Below are positions 61,061 to 64,000 of a stretch of 64,000 bases of DNA, one piece after another. The stretch covers positions 6,812 to 70,811 of the forward strand of contig CAYXPQ010000001.1 of the NCBI GenBank assembly GCA_964467225.1. The letters are read 5' to 3'. Origin of the DNA: an uncultured Candidatus Saccharibacteria bacterium. GTDB taxonomy: Bacteria > Patescibacteriota > Minisyncoccia > Phycocordibacterales > PALSA-1337. Each line of letters begins with the position of its first letter. Position 1 is the stretch's first letter. The translations under genes were made by a program, and so were the position numbers. The notes under the pieces were generated by a model. That model was given only the letters and a program-made list of their open reading frames with translations. It had not been told where the DNA came from and did not search any database.

Positions 61061-61540
61061 ATGAAAATTTCAATTTTTACTGATGGATCTTCAAGAGGTA
61101 ATCCAGGTCCTGGAGGATGGGGAGCTATTATATTGGATAATAATAATATCAGGGAAATCGGAGGGAGAGAAGATGTGACTACAAATAACAGAATGGAATT
61201 GATGGCTTGTATTAAATCTTTAGAGAGTATTTCGCCCACTTCAGCAATAGTTCTGTATTCAGATTCTCAATATGTAATAAAGGGTATGACAGAATGGATA
61301 GAAGGCTGGCAAAGGAAGAATTGGAAAAATTCTCAGAAGAAAGACGTGTTGAACAGAGATCTATGGGAGAAAATGCTTGAAGTTTCAAATGGTAAGAATA
61401 TTGAATGGAAATATGTTAAAGGTCATGCCGAAAATCCAGGAAATAATCGTTGTGATGAAATCGCCACAAGTTTTGCGGATAACGAGCCAACAAAATTGTA
61501 CGATGGACCTATTGACTCATACAGTATAAGAATTGTGTAA
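61061..61540 (+). CDS. rnhA: Ribonuclease HI
   Basis: FTDGSSRGNPGPGGWGAI motif. Confidence 0.92.
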   Translation: MKISIFTDGSSRGNPGPGGWGAIILDNNNIREIGGREDVTTNNRMELMACIKSLESISPTSAIVLYSDSQYVIKGMTEWIEGWQRKNWKNSQKKDVLNRDLWEKMLEVSNGKNIEWKYVKGHAENPGNNRCDEIATSFADNEPTKLYDGPIDSYSIRIV

Positions 61541-61555
61541 CTCAAATCTTCATTA

Positions 61556-61582
61556 AATCTTAATAACTTCTTAAGATTTTCT
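61556..61582 (+). terminator. Terminator hairpin aaatcttaa-taacttc-ttaagattt after rnhA
   Basis: 9-bp AT-rich stem followed by a T-rich tail. Confidence 0.5.
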
Positions 61583-61609
61583 TAATACTGCTTTTGCTAT
61601 TGTTGGTAG

Positions 61610-62944
61610 ATGAACAAAAAAATAAATATAGTTATCATTTTGATTTTAATAGCAATTCTCATTTTTCGATTCTACTTTGCATTTAATATTGATAATACAG
61701 ACTTGATAAAAAAATATTCAGGTCAAAATATTGAAATAAAAGGGATAATAATAAATGAACCACAAATAAAAGATTTCAATCAAGCGTTTAACGTTAAGAC
61801 TGACAAATTTATCACCAAGGTTACAACAGATAGGTATATAGAATATAATTACGGTGATAGGATTAGTTTAAATGGTAAAATTAGCACTCCAAGAAATTTC
61901 CAAAGTAACGGTGGAAGAACATTTGATTATATTAATTTTCTATTAAAAGATGGAATTGTTTTTGAAATGAAAAAACCATCAATTAAATTTGAGGGTAGAA
62001 ACGAGGGAAAATTTATTTCAAAAAATCTTTTTAAATTTAAACAGGCTTTCCTCTATAATCTCAAAAAGGTTTTGGGTGAACCTCATGCTGCTCTGGCAGG
62101 TGGACTTGTGGTAGGGGAGAAAGGAGCTCTGGGTAAAGAATTAATAGATGATTTCAGGAAATCTGGACTGATACATATCGTAGTTCTGTCTGGTTACAAT
62201 ATTACAATTGTGGCGGATTCGATAAGAAGAATACTTTCATTTCTACCTAGGGTAATTGGGATTATTCTCGGAGGATTAGGAATATTGTTTTTCGGAATTT
62301 TGGTAGGTGGTGGCGCTACTGTTATTAGATCATGCATCATGGCGATCATTGCACTGTTCGGTTCGTTGATTAGGCGAGACTATAATGTTGGCAAGGCTTT
62401 ATTTGTGGCAGGAGTTTTGATGTTGATTCAAAATCCATTAATTTTGCTTTATGATCCTTCTTTTCAATTATCTTTTCTAGCAACTCTCGGTCTTATATTT
62501 CTTTCTTCTCCAATTGAGAATAAATTAAATTTTGTTACTGATACTTTCGGTATTAGAGGACTCATTGCCTCTACACTCGCAACTCAAATATTCGTATCGC
62601 CATATATACTCTATATGATGGGACAATTATCAATAATTGGAACTATTGTAAATATTCTTGTATTACCAATAATCCCTATAACTATGTTTTTTGTTGCTGT
62701 GACTGGGTTAATCGGTTTTATAAGTGAAGGTATTTCTCAGATTTCTGCTTGGGTTTCACATCTGCTACTTTCATATGAATTATTTATTGTGAAATTCTCT
62801 GCATCACTTTCATTCTCATCAATTCAATTACCGAAATTTCCTTTCTCAATAGTTGTTGGATTTTATTTAATCTATTTTGTAATGCTTGTAAAATTGCCTT
62901 CAACCCTCTGCCAATTTAAGTTTTGGAAGAAATCTTCAACGTAA
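61610..62944 (+). CDS. comEC: ComEC/Rec2 family DNA internalisation channel protein (membrane domains only)
   Basis: N-terminal OB/DUF4131-like region and polytopic competence domain with HIVVLSGYNI motif. No MBL domain in this ORF. Confidence 0.8.
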   Translation: MNKKINIVIILILIAILIFRFYFAFNIDNTDLIKKYSGQNIEIKGIIINEPQIKDFNQAFNVKTDKFITKVTTDRYIEYNYGDRISLNGKISTPRNFQSNGGRTFDYINFLLKDGIVFEMKKPSIKFEGRNEGKFISKNLFKFKQAFLYNLKKVLGEPHAALAGGLVVGEKGALGKELIDDFRKSGLIHIVVLSGYNITIVADSIRRILSFLPRVIGIILGGLGILFFGILVGGGATVIRSCIMAIIALFGSLIRRDYNVGKALFVAGVLMLIQNPLILLYDPSFQLSFLATLGLIFLSSPIENKLNFVTDTFGIRGLIASTLATQIFVSPYILYMMGQLSIIGTIVNILVLPIIPITMFFVAVTGLIGFISEGISQISAWVSHLLLSYELFIVKFSASLSFSSIQLPKFPFSIVVGFYLIYFVMLVKLPSTLCQFKFWKKSST

Positions 62945-63423
62945 TTTTTCTTTCCGGATGGTTGATAGTCTGCAACATAAGAATGTTCCCACATATCAAG
63001 AGCGAGTATTAGTGCACAATCCTGGAGCTGACTTATGTGTTGTTCTTCAACCCAAATATTAATTAATAAATTTTCTTTTTTATCATAATAAAGCATTGCC
63101 CAACCAATACCTCTTGTTAATGCTAATGATTTGAAGGAAGCTAACCAAGCATCGTATGAACCAAAATCTTTCTCTATTTGTTTTTTTAAGGGACTATTGT
63201 CTGATAGGGGATTGGGAGTTCCTTCAAGTGATGAGAAATACACTTCATGATTTCTCATTCCATTGTATTCAAATCCTAAGCGTCTTATGTCTTGCTTGCC
63301 ATCTAGAGTTTCATTTAAGTTTTTTACATATCCGGCATATAACTTCAAATGCTCTTCGATTGTCTTGCTTGAAATTCCTTTTAAATTAGCAATATTAAAT
63401 TTTTTTTCGGTGAATTTATTCAT
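62872..63423 (-). CDS. sodA: Fe/Mn superoxide dismutase
   Basis: Fe/Mn SOD metal-ligand motif D..WEHSY. 183 aa. 3' end overlaps the comEC 3' end antisense by 73 nt. Confidence 0.88.
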   Translation of the reverse strand: MNKFTEKKFNIANLKGISSKTIEEHLKLYAGYVKNLNETLDGKQDIRRLGFEYNGMRNHEVYFSSLEGTPNPLSDNSPLKKQIEKDFGSYDAWLASFKSLALTRGIGWAMLYYDKKENLLINIWVEEQHISQLQDCALILALDMWEHSYVADYQPSGKKNYVEDFFQNLNWQRVEGNFTSITK

Positions 63424-63437
63424 ATAACAATTTTATC

Positions 63438-64000
63438 ATGAAAAATAAAAAGCTATACATAATAATATTTATTTTAATTATCTCAGGCTATCTCTCATTT
63501 TATTTATATAAATGGGAATTTCGCGAGCGAGTATTTGGAATTTATTTTTTTAGTTTGAATAGAGGTCGATCAATTTTCATGAGAACAGCAGAAAATAAAA
63601 CAATACTTGTAGGTGGAGGACAGAATGCAGAGGTTATTAGAGAAATCACAAAGGTCACTCCTTTCTATAGAAGACGAATTAATAAATTAATAATTCCAAG
63701 CGCAAATGCGAATCAGATCGGCGGGCTAATAGAGATAGTTAGCAGATATGAAATTGATGAAATAATAATTCCAAAAATAATGTCAACAAGTACAGTCCTT
63801 TCAGAATTAAAAAAAGTTATAAATAGAAATAAAATTCATGTTATTGAGGTTGTAGAAGAAGATGAAATTGAAATAGAAAAAGGCTTAGAAATTAGAATTC
63901 TTTTCCCTAATGAAAATTTTAAATATAATAAAACAAGTTTGCCGGAATTAGGATTGAGAATCGATTATAAAAATACTTCTTTATATTTGATTGGAAATTT
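63438..64000 (+). CDS. Metallo-beta-lactamase-like domain protein (ComEC C-terminal domain homolog), 5' partial; degenerate metal-binding motif
   Basis: Open frame from ATG at 63438 to the window end. TM helix then TILVGGGQ...LIIPSANANQIGGL resembles the ComEC MBL domain, with HxHxDH replaced. Confidence 0.55.
   Translation, partial: MKNKKLYIIIFILIISGYLSFYLYKWEFRERVFGIYFFSLNRGRSIFMRTAENKTILVGGGQNAEVIREITKVTPFYRRRINKLIIPSANANQIGGLIEIVSRYEIDEIIIPKIMSTSTVLSELKKVINRNKIHVIEVVEEDEIEIEKGLEIRILFPNENFKYNKTSLPELGLRIDYKNTSLYLIGN

Noticed and set aside
62872-62944. 73-nt antisense overlap of comEC and sodA 3' ends as annotation error
   Set aside because: Both ORFs read through to natural stops, with conserved C-terminal residues for SOD. 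The overlap is kept but flagged within the split-ComEC finding, since a frameshift cannot be excluded without reads.
1-64000. CRISPR arrays, rRNA operons, transposases/IS elements
   Set aside because: No regularly spaced direct repeats, no rRNA-like conserved stretches, and no transposase-like ORFs were seen. The only recombinase is a Xer-family tyrosine recombinase, which may be housekeeping.

Overview
This window is an AT-rich (roughly 30-35% GC), gene-dense chromosomal segment from a small-genome bacterium. The shortened housekeeping proteins (YebC, YidC, tig, pgk) and a relaxase-less VirB4/VirB6 cluster are consistent with Candidate Phyla Radiation (CPR)/Patescibacteria-like biology. It spans the replication-origin neighbourhood: dnaN and dnaA lie on the minus strand with a DnaA-box-rich AT intergenic spacer (candidate oriC), and rpmH-rnpA-yidC diverge from dnaA. 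Core genes present include ruvB, yebC, ruvC, tyrS, PBP1A, ksgA, pcrA, pnp, rpsO, a Xer-family recombinase, xth, cca, hup, rny, clpP, rsmE, tig, nusA, tpiA, pgk, recJ, rnhA, sodA and four tRNAs. The accessory-looking content is: (i) an 11-gene minus-strand operon (11.4-23.3 kb) encoding a VirB4-like ATPase, a PrgI/VirB3-like protein, a VirB6-like polytopic protein and several secreted or membrane proteins. It has no relaxase or coupling protein, as in CPR-type T4SS-like or DNA-uptake systems. (ii) A type IV pilus/competence pilus locus pilB-pilC followed by three prepilin-like genes, plus the C-terminus of a second PilB/GspE paralog at the window start. (iii) Other DNA-uptake genes: comM, a ComEC membrane domain gene, a separate MBL-like ORF, and a winged-HTH-PRTase (ComF/PurR-like) protein. 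(iv) A GC-rich ~440-nt non-coding island next to the Xer-family recombinase that looks like a structured RNA gene (tmRNA-like 3' end GCGCCACCA plus terminator, minus strand). (v) A three-gene insertion splitting the usually contiguous rpsO-pnp pair. No CRISPR array, rRNA or obvious transposase was seen.
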